A DNA stretch of 64,000 nt, taken from a virus. Below are positions 29,723 to 38,297 of this stretch, piece after piece. Location of the stretch: positions 37,110 to 101,109 of the IMG/VR virus record IMGVR_UViG_3300042731_001312; one strand, written 5' to 3'. A program made the position numbers and the translations under genes. The notes under the pieces are model-generated. The model ran no database searches. It was not told the DNA's origin and worked only from the letters and a program-made list of their open reading frames with translations. Each line of letters starts with the position of its first letter. Positions within the stretch are counted from its first letter, which is position 1.

Positions 29723-30187
29723 ATGGCAAACGCAGATAACAAATGTGCAGATCTAGAGGTTACAGACTTCTACGACACAGACAATGACACGCTAGGTTTA
29801 ATTTACAACAAACAAATTGAATTGCAAAAAAGATTAGGGTTTGACTTTACAGGTTGGACCTTAAAAGAGATTGCTGACTTTTGGTGTGTAAATAAACATG
29901 CAATGTCAGATGAATTAAATGAAATGTTTGATGCCCTTGGAGGTATCAACGATGGTATCGGTTCAGCAGCATGGAAGTACTGGAAAGGTACTCATAAAGA
30001 GGCTGCTAACATGAAGATAGAAGATCTATCTGAAGAAGACCGACTAGAATTATTCTACGAATGGATTGATGGCCTACACTTCTATATGAATTTTGCAATT
30101 TCTATCGGTATGTCCGCTAAAGATATTGTTAACTTATATATGGCCAAGAACGCAGAGAATCACGATCGCCAAAACCGCGGATATTAA
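29723..30187 (+). CDS. gp56: Dimeric all-alpha dUTPase/dCTPase (T4 gp56-like)
   Basis: DELNEM, WKYWK, EWIDGLHF, YMAKNAENHDRQNRGY. Confidence 0.88.
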   Translation: MANADNKCADLEVTDFYDTDNDTLGLIYNKQIELQKRLGFDFTGWTLKEIADFWCVNKHAMSDELNEMFDALGGINDGIGSAAWKYWKGTHKEAANMKIEDLSEEDRLELFYEWIDGLHFYMNFAISIGMSAKDIVNLYMAKNAENHDRQNRGY

Positions 30188-30768
30188 TGGCAAAGAACTT
30201 TATTGAAATAGGTTCTTGTTATTTTAACACGTTAGAATACTTATCTGATCGAGGTTGGAATGGTATTGTAGTAGAGCCCCAAAAAGAGATATTTGATGTT
30301 ATCAACGGTAGGTTTGATAATGTGCAATATTTTAACGCGGCTATTGCTAATGAGAATGGAGAGGCCGATCTTTGGAAGTTTAATAAAGAATGGACCGACG
30401 AAGATCCGGACTATCATGGTATGGCTTCTCTATTCCATCCATCTGAAAAGATCACCTATGATACCCATACTGCTGAATATATTGCTGAAAATGTACACGC
30501 AGAACGAGTTGAAACAATGACCTATGCACGTCTATTAGAATTAGCAAAGCCTGATACGGTAGATCTGCTAAAAATAGACACCGAGGGATTTGACTACGAA
30601 ATCATAAAACAAGTACAATTTACAGGAGCACTCAGACCTAGGATTATTATGGCAGAACATAAACATACTCCTGGTAAAGTGCTTGAAGAATTTTTAATCT
30701 ATAAAGGTTATCATGTAGAAGTGGAACAAGATAATCTTTATGCAATCGATATTAATAGATGCTTTTAG
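30187..30768 (+). CDS. FkbM-family SAM-dependent methyltransferase
   Basis: FIEIGS, VVEP, LLKIDTEGFDYEII. Confidence 0.88.
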   Translation: MAKNFIEIGSCYFNTLEYLSDRGWNGIVVEPQKEIFDVINGRFDNVQYFNAAIANENGEADLWKFNKEWTDEDPDYHGMASLFHPSEKITYDTHTAEYIAENVHAERVETMTYARLLELAKPDTVDLLKIDTEGFDYEIIKQVQFTGALRPRIIMAEHKHTPGKVLEEFLIYKGYHVEVEQDNLYAIDINRCF

Positions 30769-32165
30769 ATATTGAACAAAGAGATAAAGAGGTAATCGTA
30801 TCTTATTACGATAAAGAGGGTCAAGTTTCATTTAAGAGATATAATATCGATAAGTTCCAGAATTGGGTTGTCGCAAAAGATGATGATCGTTGGAAAGATG
30901 CCACTGTTAAAAACTGGGACGGGCGCCATATTAAGAAGTCAATATCAAAATCTTTTAATAAGTTTTCGTTATTGTATTTTATGGATGGTTTACCACAGAA
31001 AGACCAAGATGAGATCTTTGAGTTCAATATGCCACGTACATATTTTGTCGATATTGAAACTGAGATTGTCGATGGCTTTCCTAAACCTGAAGAGGCTAAG
31101 TCTAGAATCTTAACCTTTTCCATTATCACACCCGAAAGAAAAGCAATTGTATTAGGTCTTGAAGATCTTTCGGCCGATCAAATTAAGAAGATCGAAGATG
31201 ATACGAACAATCACTTTACTGGATATGACCAGGACTGGGAATTTAGTTATTACAAATTCAAGAGTGAATATGACATGGTCTATTCATTCTTGCACAAGTT
31301 TTTACCTAAGTTTCCCATGATGACGGGTTGGAACTTTATCAACTATGACTGGCAGTATATAGTTAATCGATGTAAGATATTACAGATTGATTTAACAGAA
31401 GTTGCATGTACTGGTGCATTAGATAAAAAAGACTCGAGACCACTACACATGGGTATTCTAGACTATATGCAATTGTATGATAAATACGATCGTTCGGTTG
31501 CTGTAAAAGAATCGAATTCACTAGATTTCGTTTCCGGCGCAGTTCTAGAAGGTATAAGTAAAATTAAATATAGCGGTAGCCTACAAGACCTATATGAAAA
31601 TGACTTTCAAAAGTATGTTTTCTATAATGTAGTCGACTCCTGTCTAGTTTATTACATCGATCAAAAACTCAGATCGATGGAAGTGCTATTGACTTTAGCA
31701 ACAATAACTAGAATGCCGTTATATAAAGCCGCTTCGCCAGTGGCTGTTACTGAATCTCTGATCGCTAGAAAGCTTACCGAGCAGGGTAAACGTATTGGTG
31801 TAGAATACGACAGAGAAGACAGTAAGAAAGACAGCAAATATGAAGGTGCTTTCGTTAAAGATCCTGTGGTTGGGTATTATGGTGGTGTATCTGCATTTGA
31901 CTTCGCGTCACTATACCCCTCAATTATGAGACAATTTAATATCTCGCCGGACTCGTTTGTTGAAATGGTCGAAGAATCACAAATAGCGGAGCGTAGAAAA
32001 GACGACTCAGTTATTGTCTGTGAAAATGGAGTTGTGTACAAGAAGGAAGATAGTATTCTTAAAAAAATTCTAAGCGATCTTTATGCCCAAAGAAAAGAAT
32101 ACAAGAAGACTTCTTATCAATATTTTGAAAAAGCACATGAGTTAACAAAAAAATTTAATCTATAA
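30759..32165 (+). CDS. gp43A: Family B DNA polymerase, N-terminal subunit (exonuclease, motif A, first fingers helix)
   Basis: ExoI DIETE, ExoII GWNFINYDW, ExoIII YNVVD, YEGAFV, DFASLYPS; stops after QRKEYKK with no motif B or C. Confidence 0.93.
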   Translation: MLLDIEQRDKEVIVSYYDKEGQVSFKRYNIDKFQNWVVAKDDDRWKDATVKNWDGRHIKKSISKSFNKFSLLYFMDGLPQKDQDEIFEFNMPRTYFVDIETEIVDGFPKPEEAKSRILTFSIITPERKAIVLGLEDLSADQIKKIEDDTNNHFTGYDQDWEFSYYKFKSEYDMVYSFLHKFLPKFPMMTGWNFINYDWQYIVNRCKILQIDLTEVACTGALDKKDSRPLHMGILDYMQLYDKYDRSVAVKESNSLDFVSGAVLEGISKIKYSGSLQDLYENDFQKYVFYNVVDSCLVYYIDQKLRSMEVLLTLATITRMPLYKAASPVAVTESLIARKLTEQGKRIGVEYDREDSKKDSKYEGAFVKDPVVGYYGGVSAFDFASLYPSIMRQFNISPDSFVEMVEESQIAERRKDDSVIVCENGVVYKKEDSILKKILSDLYAQRKEYKKTSYQYFEKAHELTKKFNL

Positions 32166-32190
32166 ATCTAACAAATTCCAGCAGCGCAGA

Positions 32191-32199
32191 GATATATAA
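32191..32199 (+). promoter_or_regulatory. Late-type promoter (nrdB-nrdA-holin)
   Basis: GATATATAA. Confidence 0.65.
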
Positions 32200-32331
32200 A
32201 CTAATAGCAGCGCTGCTAATATTTTATTAAGGTTTATAGATTAAGGGGGTCTTCCACAGAAAGACCTTTTTTGGTCTAAATGACCCCGTTATTAAAACAA
32301 ATTAAATCTAAAAATAAACTATTAGCAAAAA

Positions 32332-33333
32332 ATGTCATTATTTACTGAAAGAATTCCATTTAAACCATTTGAGTACCCTGAATACTACACGGAGGGTTGG
32401 TTGAAACAAGCTCAAGCATTCTGGTTACATACAGAGATCTCCATGCAAGGAGACGTAAAGGACTGGAACGAAAATTTACTACCACACGAGAAACATTTAG
32501 TAGGTAATATTCTTTTAGGTTTTGCACAAACAGAGTGTGCAGTATCAGATTATTGGACTCAATACGTGACAACATGGTTTCCTAAACACGAGATCAAGCA
32601 AATGGCTATGATGTTTGGGTCACAAGAAACAATTCACGCAACGGCTTACTCTTATCTAAACGAGACTTTAGGTCTTGAAGATTTTGAAGCGTTCTTACAT
32701 GAGCCGGCAACTGCAGATAAATTTGAACTATTAACTTCTACATCTGCACCATATACACACGAAGATCTAAAAAGAAACAGTGAGGCTAGAAAAGAAGTGG
32801 CTAGATCTTTAGCGATCTTTTCAGCATTTGCTGAGGGTTGTTCACTCTATAGTTCTTTTGCTGTTTTATACTCTTTCCAAATGAGAAACTTATTAAAGGG
32901 TATCGGTCAGCAAATGAAGTGGTCAGTAAGAGATGAATCTCTACACTCTAGAATGGGATGTAGACTATTTAGACACATGTGTGAAGAATACCCAGATTTG
33001 AAACAATCGGTTAAGGCGGATGTATTAAAAGCAGCTGGGCTAATCAAAGAATTAGAGCATAAGTTTATCGATAAGATGTTTGAAAAAGGAGATCTAGATA
33101 ACTTAAAAGCTAAAGATTTAAAGAATTTTATTACTAAGAGAGTAAATGAAAAATTAGTTGAGCTAGGTTACGAATCAGCATTTGAATATGACGAGGAATC
33201 TGCAGATCAATTGGAATGGTTCTACCATCTAACCGGAGGTCACACTCACACAGACTTCTTTGCAATCAGACCTACTGATTATGCTAAAGCTGGTGAAGGT
33301 GAAAACTGGGACGAAGACGACTTATTTGATTAA
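32332..33333 (+). CDS. nrdB: Ribonucleotide reductase class I beta subunit
   Basis: FWLHTEI, ETIHATAY, EGCSLYSSF, RDESLH, DFFA. Confidence 0.95.
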   Translation: MSLFTERIPFKPFEYPEYYTEGWLKQAQAFWLHTEISMQGDVKDWNENLLPHEKHLVGNILLGFAQTECAVSDYWTQYVTTWFPKHEIKQMAMMFGSQETIHATAYSYLNETLGLEDFEAFLHEPATADKFELLTSTSAPYTHEDLKRNSEARKEVARSLAIFSAFAEGCSLYSSFAVLYSFQMRNLLKGIGQQMKWSVRDESLHSRMGCRLFRHMCEEYPDLKQSVKADVLKAAGLIKELEHKFIDKMFEKGDLDNLKAKDLKNFITKRVNEKLVELGYESAFEYDEESADQLEWFYHLTGGHTHTDFFAIRPTDYAKAGEGENWDEDDLFD

Positions 33334-33342
33334 AAGATTATT

Positions 33343-35163
33343 ATGACAGACAAAGAAATAAACCACGGAGAATCACTCGGCTGGGAATTAGGAGTGGACT
33401 TTCCACTCTGGGCAAACACCGAGGTATATGTAAAAACAATTTCAGCAGGTTACCTATTTACTGGCGAAAAACCAAAAGACGCATACTGGAGAGTATCTAC
33501 TACAGTTGCAAGGCGTTTAGGTAAACCTGAATTAGCAAGCAAATTTTTTGATTATATCTGGAAAGGCTGGTTGAACCTAGCCTCTCCAGTTTTATCTAAT
33601 ACCGGACTAGAAAGAGGTCTTCCGATCTCATGTTTTGGCATTGATGTTGCCGACTCAATCCACGACATCGGTGCAAAGAACTTAGAGATGATGCTACTCG
33701 CTAAACATGGCGGCGGTGTCGGTATTGGTGTAAACCAAATCAGACCTGCTGGTAGCAAAATCACAGGCAACGGTACGTCAGACGGTGTTGTACCTTTTTG
33801 TAAGATCTATGACTCAACAATCTTGGCTACAAATCAAGGTTCAGTGAGAAGAGGTGCCGCATCTGTTAATATCGATATTGAGCACGGCGATTTCTGGGAA
33901 TGGCTAGAGATTAGAGAGCCAAAGGGCGACGTTAACAGACAATCTCTTAACTTACACCAATGTGTGGTTGTACCGGACGGCTTTATGCAAAAGGTACAAG
34001 AAGGTGACAAAGAGGCTAGAAAGAGATGGGTTGCAGTACTTAGAAAAAGAAAAGCAACAGGTGAGCCTTATGTAATGTTTAAGGGTAATATTAATAGAGC
34101 TAATCCAGATGCTTACAAACAGAATGGTTTAAAAGTCTATATGACTAATATTTGCTCTGAGATTACCCTACATACTGATGAGTCACACTCTTTTGTATGT
34201 TGCCTTAGCTCAGTGAATTTAGCAAAATATGATGAGTGGAAAGACACAGATCTTATTTACACTGCAACATGGTTCCTAGATGGAGTTTTAGATGAATTTA
34301 TTCAGAAGGCAAAATTCATGAGAGGTTTTGAGAACTCAGTTAGATCTGCAGAAAAAGGTAGAGCATTGGGACTAGGAGTTTTAGGATGGCATACTTATTT
34401 ACAAGAAAGAGGTATTCCATTTGAAGGTATGGCTGCTCAATTTGAAACACGTAAGATTTTCCAACAATTAAGAACTGAAACTGAAAAGGCAAGTAGAGAT
34501 ATGGCACAGGAATTCGGTGAACCTCTATGGTGTGTTGGTACGGGGATGAGAAATACTCACCTGAGAGCCATTGCGCCAACCGTATCGAACTCAAAACTAG
34601 CTGGTAATGTATCTGCAGGTATTGAGCCTTGGGCTGCTAACGTGTTTACAGAACAAACAGCAAAGGGTACTTTCATTAGAAAAAATCCAGTGTTAGAAGA
34701 GTTCTTACAAATGATTAATAGAAACTCTAGAAAAACTTGGGATAAGATTTTAGAAGATGGAGGATCTGTACAAGGTCTAGACTTTATCGAAGATTACTAT
34801 GTAAAATTAGGAACTTCTATTACAGATAGAGATAACGTTATTACAAAAACTAAGTTTGAAGCACTATCTGAAATGGATAAAAACAACTGGGAGCCTGTAA
34901 AGAATATCTTTAAAACATTTAAAGAGATTAACCAATTAGATTTGGTCAAGCAAGCAGGTATTAGACAACAATATGTTGACCAGGCTGTTAGTTTGAACTT
35001 GGCATTCCCAACTGAAGCAGATACTAAGTTTATTAATAAAGTACATTTAGAAGCTTACAAAGAGGGAGTGAAAACGCTTTATTACATGCGAACAGAATCT
35101 GTACTAAGAGGCGACATTGCAGCCGCTGCTACAGATCCAGATTGTCTAGCATGTGACGGTTAA
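33343..35163 (+). CDS. nrdA: Ribonucleotide reductase class I alpha subunit, no evident ATP cone
   Basis: ISCF, GGGVG, TNICSEI, CCLSS, APTVSNS, DQAVS, KTLYY, C-terminal CLAC. Confidence 0.95.
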   Translation: MTDKEINHGESLGWELGVDFPLWANTEVYVKTISAGYLFTGEKPKDAYWRVSTTVARRLGKPELASKFFDYIWKGWLNLASPVLSNTGLERGLPISCFGIDVADSIHDIGAKNLEMMLLAKHGGGVGIGVNQIRPAGSKITGNGTSDGVVPFCKIYDSTILATNQGSVRRGAASVNIDIEHGDFWEWLEIREPKGDVNRQSLNLHQCVVVPDGFMQKVQEGDKEARKRWVAVLRKRKATGEPYVMFKGNINRANPDAYKQNGLKVYMTNICSEITLHTDESHSFVCCLSSVNLAKYDEWKDTDLIYTATWFLDGVLDEFIQKAKFMRGFENSVRSAEKGRALGLGVLGWHTYLQERGIPFEGMAAQFETRKIFQQLRTETEKASRDMAQEFGEPLWCVGTGMRNTHLRAIAPTVSNSKLAGNVSAGIEPWAANVFTEQTAKGTFIRKNPVLEEFLQMINRNSRKTWDKILEDGGSVQGLDFIEDYYVKLGTSITDRDNVITKTKFEALSEMDKNNWEPVKNIFKTFKEINQLDLVKQAGIRQQYVDQAVSLNLAFPTEADTKFINKVHLEAYKEGVKTLYYMRTESVLRGDIAAAATDPDCLACDG

Positions 35164-35203
35164 CCCGGGTACCCGATCCGGGGGTTAAAAAAATGTTTAT
35201 CTT

Positions 35204-35380
35204 ATGCTAACTAAAGAACAAACATTTGGAGTGGTTCGCCACATTTTAACCACGCTTGGTGGATCGATTGTTGCAAAAGGTTGGATTGACGAATCTATGA
35301 TGGTAGAAGCAGTAGGACTGCTAATAGGTATTATGGGTTTTATCTGGTCATTCGCGGCAAAAAAGAAAGCCAAAGCTTAA
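35204..35380 (+). CDS. 58-aa two-helix membrane protein, putative holin (absent from ORF track)
   Basis: MLTKEQTFGVVRHILTTLGGSIVAKGWIDESMMVEAVGLLIGIMGFIWSFAAKKKAKA; RH.LT..GG..V..G...WS plus basic tail is typical of small putative holins. Confidence 0.65.
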   Translation: MLTKEQTFGVVRHILTTLGGSIVAKGWIDESMMVEAVGLLIGIMGFIWSFAAKKKAKA

Positions 35381-35439
35381 TTATTTTATCTAGTTGTGGT
35401 TTAGTCCACGACTTAGGACCGGGATAGTTCTCGGATTAA

Positions 35440-35476
35440 GAGGCCAGGAGTTCGCTACTTCCTGGCCTCACTTTTT
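35440..35476 (+). terminator. Intrinsic terminator, last of three tandem hairpins
   Basis: gaggccagga-gttcgctact-tcctggcctc-acttttt. Confidence 0.8.
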
Positions 35477-35478
35477 AT

Positions 35479-35506
35479 GAAACAACTCACTCCCATACCA
35501 TATAAT
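35479..35506 (+). promoter_or_regulatory. Middle-type promoter (gp45-gp43B)
   Basis: GAAAC-N17-TATAAT. Confidence 0.7.
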
Positions 35507-35528
35507 TACTAAACAAAATAATATTCAG

Positions 35529-36272
35529 ATGAAATTACAAATTGATCGAATTGACCAGCACGCTTTAACCGACTTCATTAATCGAGTTAAGCTAATCGAC
35601 TCCTTTGTCTATATGAAAATTAAAGATGGACAAATTAAGTCAGCAGTTTACTTACCACAGCGAGACGCAGTGAAATCTCACTCAGTAGCATGTGATAAGA
35701 TTTTTCAAATTAGTGAGTGGCCAGATACTGACCTAGAGATGAAAGTTGCTTTCTTCGAAGGTGCGAAGGTAATTGATGCCATTAAGCACTTTGATGCAGA
35801 TGCTATTAAAGGTGAGTTAGAATTTATCGAACAAGAGGGAGAACTTATCGCATCTTCTTTAAGAATGTTTAATGATGAACTTGAAATTACTTTATCTTGT
35901 TCAGAGCCTTCTCTTGGATTTAAAGACTTAACTCCAGAGCAGCAAAATGCAATTTTTGCAGTTGATAGCACTCAATTTAGCTTTAACATTGATACACATA
36001 CTATCAATAAAGTTAAAAATCTATTTGGACTTGATAAAGACGAAACATTTAGCGTGAAGGCAAATGGAACCGGAGTTAGCGTTAATGGTAAATCATTTAA
36101 TGCGGTGATTAACCCACAATCAAACGGCGCTGGAGAAGTAACTGTCTATAAAAAGTATTTAAATCTACTAGACCGCGAAGAACAAACAGTACATGTTACA
36201 GATTCAAAAATTGTCTTCCAGTCTACAGAATCTGAAACTTTATTAACAGTATCTACTTGCCAAACGGCGTAA
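35529..36272 (+). CDS. gp45: Probable sliding clamp (gp45-like)
   Basis: 247 aa acidic protein with a two-fold repeated alpha/beta pattern; coupled to the polymerase C-terminal subunit; no other clamp candidate although gp44 and gp62 are present. Confidence 0.55.
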   Translation: MKLQIDRIDQHALTDFINRVKLIDSFVYMKIKDGQIKSAVYLPQRDAVKSHSVACDKIFQISEWPDTDLEMKVAFFEGAKVIDAIKHFDADAIKGELEFIEQEGELIASSLRMFNDELEITLSCSEPSLGFKDLTPEQQNAIFAVDSTQFSFNIDTHTINKVKNLFGLDKDETFSVKANGTGVSVNGKSFNAVINPQSNGAGEVTVYKKYLNLLDREEQTVHVTDSKIVFQSTESETLLTVSTCQTA

Positions 36273-36273
36273 T

Positions 36274-37482
36274 ATGGATGTAACCACACTTACTGAGAAA
36301 CCAATCGATCAACTTAGTAGAGAAGAGGCAGAGCTGCTTGTAAATCATTACAAGCAGTTATCTGCTAAATATACTGCGTATGAACAAGCTGTAAAATTAA
36401 CTCTTAACTCTATCTACGGCGCATTTGGTAATAAGTGGTTTCATTTCTTTAATATTAACATTGCAGAGTCTATTACAAAGCAGGGTAAAAATGCTATCCT
36501 TTACTCTGAGGCAATACTTAATAAGTATGTTAAAGAGTTTTGGCATAAAGATACTGCAGTACACCAGAACTTCGGTATTAGAGTAAAGGGTAAAGTTGAA
36601 AAACCAGCAGTAATCTATATCGACACGGACTCATGTTATGTGCAGTTTCAAGATTTATATGAAACTATCATTTGGGAAGACGATGATAAAAAATTATCAA
36701 TCGATGAATTTATTTTAGCATTTTATGCATTTAGACTTAAAGACTATATCACTGCGTGTATGCAAAAATATGCCGACTCTAGAAATACGGATAATTTCTT
36801 AGTATTTGAATTAGAGTCACTTGCATATAATGGCATTTGGATGTCCAAGAAGAAGTATATTCAGAATATCGCATGGGATGATAAACTTGAAGTAACAGAT
36901 CGACACCCATCATTGAAGAAGGTAAAAACGATCGGTTTTGATACAATCCAATCTTCTACTCCTAAGTTTGCTAGAGAGAAATTAGTTGAAGCACTTAAAA
37001 TTTTATTTAAGTCTGGTAAAACACCAGGTGCAGATGAATTACAAGAGCTGGTTAGTTTTATGAAGAAATCTAAGAAAGAATTTCAACTTGCAGATACAGA
37101 CGATATTGCATTTAATCGTAGAACTAATAATATTGAAAAATATATTGTTGACGACCAAATTGAATTTCAAGTAGGTCTAAAATGTCCAGCCAATGTAAAG
37201 GCTGCCGGCTACTATAACTATGTATTAAATCAAAATAGCAAGTATAAAAACAAATACAAAGTGATCGGTAACGGCGAGAAGCTAAAAATCTACAATTGTA
37301 AAACTCCGATCTCAGAAGTTTATGCTTATCTACCAGGAGAACATCCCTATGAAATTGCACCACCAATAGACTATGATACACAATTTGAAAAGTGTATGAT
37401 TGACCCTCTTAACAGGGTATTGAAAGCAATCGGACTACAAACATTAGACACTAATCTAATCTATGCATCAGCATTATTTTAA
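36274..37482 (+). CDS. gp43B: Family B DNA polymerase, C-terminal subunit (motifs B and C, thumb)
   Basis: KLTLNSIYGAFGN, AESITKQG, YIDTDS, KKKY, QSSTP, IDYDTQFEK. Confidence 0.93.
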   Translation: MDVTTLTEKPIDQLSREEAELLVNHYKQLSAKYTAYEQAVKLTLNSIYGAFGNKWFHFFNINIAESITKQGKNAILYSEAILNKYVKEFWHKDTAVHQNFGIRVKGKVEKPAVIYIDTDSCYVQFQDLYETIIWEDDDKKLSIDEFILAFYAFRLKDYITACMQKYADSRNTDNFLVFELESLAYNGIWMSKKKYIQNIAWDDKLEVTDRHPSLKKVKTIGFDTIQSSTPKFAREKLVEALKILFKSGKTPGADELQELVSFMKKSKKEFQLADTDDIAFNRRTNNIEKYIVDDQIEFQVGLKCPANVKAAGYYNYVLNQNSKYKNKYKVIGNGEKLKIYNCKTPISEVYAYLPGEHPYEIAPPIDYDTQFEKCMIDPLNRVLKAIGLQTLDTNLIYASALF

Positions 37483-37487
37483 TAATT

Positions 37488-37691
37488 ATGAAAGATAATA
37501 AATTTACAAAAATCATGAAGTTAGTAGAACAATACCCTAACGACATGGAACTAGGCGAAAAGATAAGAGAGATTTACTGGAATAACAGAAAGGTTGAAGA
37601 TCCTAATCAGTTAAAGATTGAATTTCCAGTAGATCCTGTACATATTACAGATGCAGATATTGAATCTTTTGCTGCAAGATCAGAAGATTAA
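37488..37691 (+). CDS. Hypothetical protein
   Basis: 67-aa ORF with YPNDMELGEKIR; tightly packed. Confidence 0.65.
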   Translation: MKDNKFTKIMKLVEQYPNDMELGEKIREIYWNNRKVEDPNQLKIEFPVDPVHITDADIESFAARSED

Positions 37692-37692
37692 T

Positions 37693-38070
37693 ATGGAAGA
37701 TTCTATAAAATCAAAGATGGTATTACACCAAACGGACGTTAGACCGTGGGGTGAATATGAAGTCTTATTAGACTCAGATGATTGTAAAGTTAAAAAAATT
37801 ACAGTTGCGCCTGGACAAAGACTTTCGTACCAGTACCATGAAAACAGAAGAGAGCAATGGGTTGTCGTTAACGGACAATTAACTGTAGTACTAAACGGAA
37901 GGGACGTGGTACTCAATCCAGGTATGACTCTTTCTATCCACATTGGTGATAAGCACCGAGCGTGGAATAAAACAGATTCTCCAGTAGAATTTATTGAAGT
38001 ACAAACAGGAACGTATTTTGGAGAGGATGACATCATAAGAATAGAAGATGACTATGGCAGACAAGATTAA
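37693..38070 (+). CDS. Cupin, mannose-6-phosphate isomerase type II C-terminal-like
   Basis: RPWGEY, LSYQYHENRREQW, HRAWN, FIEVQTG.YFGEDDIIRIEDDYGR. Confidence 0.9.
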   Translation: MEDSIKSKMVLHQTDVRPWGEYEVLLDSDDCKVKKITVAPGQRLSYQYHENRREQWVVVNGQLTVVLNGRDVVLNPGMTLSIHIGDKHRAWNKTDSPVEFIEVQTGTYFGEDDIIRIEDDYGRQD

Positions 38071-38254
38071 TATAGAGGATCTACCACATGAACAACAAGT
38101 CTATGTAAGAGAATATCAAAGAATCTTACATGGACTTTCAGATATTCAAGAGGGTATTAAAACTTTACAAGAAAGAGCAAAAGCTTTGACTGAAGAGCTT
38201 AATACATTAAGGGCTAAAGAAAAAGCAGAATTCGGTGATGACCATATACTTTAA
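38054..38254 (+). CDS. Small coiled-coil protein
   Basis: Heptad pattern; overlaps the cupin stop. Confidence 0.6.
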   Translation: MADKINIEDLPHEQQVYVREYQRILHGLSDIQEGIKTLQERAKALTEELNTLRAKEKAEFGDDHIL

Positions 38255-38297
38255 ACAAAGTGTAGTATTACCATATAACTAAATAAAATAATAAGAC

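Noticed and set aside
35390-35476. tRNA gene
   Set aside because: Three hairpins, but no acceptor stem, canonical T-loop or CCA end.
32165-36274. Intron or split intein joining the polymerase halves
   Set aside because: The gap holds intact genes and a terminator; no intein terminal motifs or homing endonuclease were seen.
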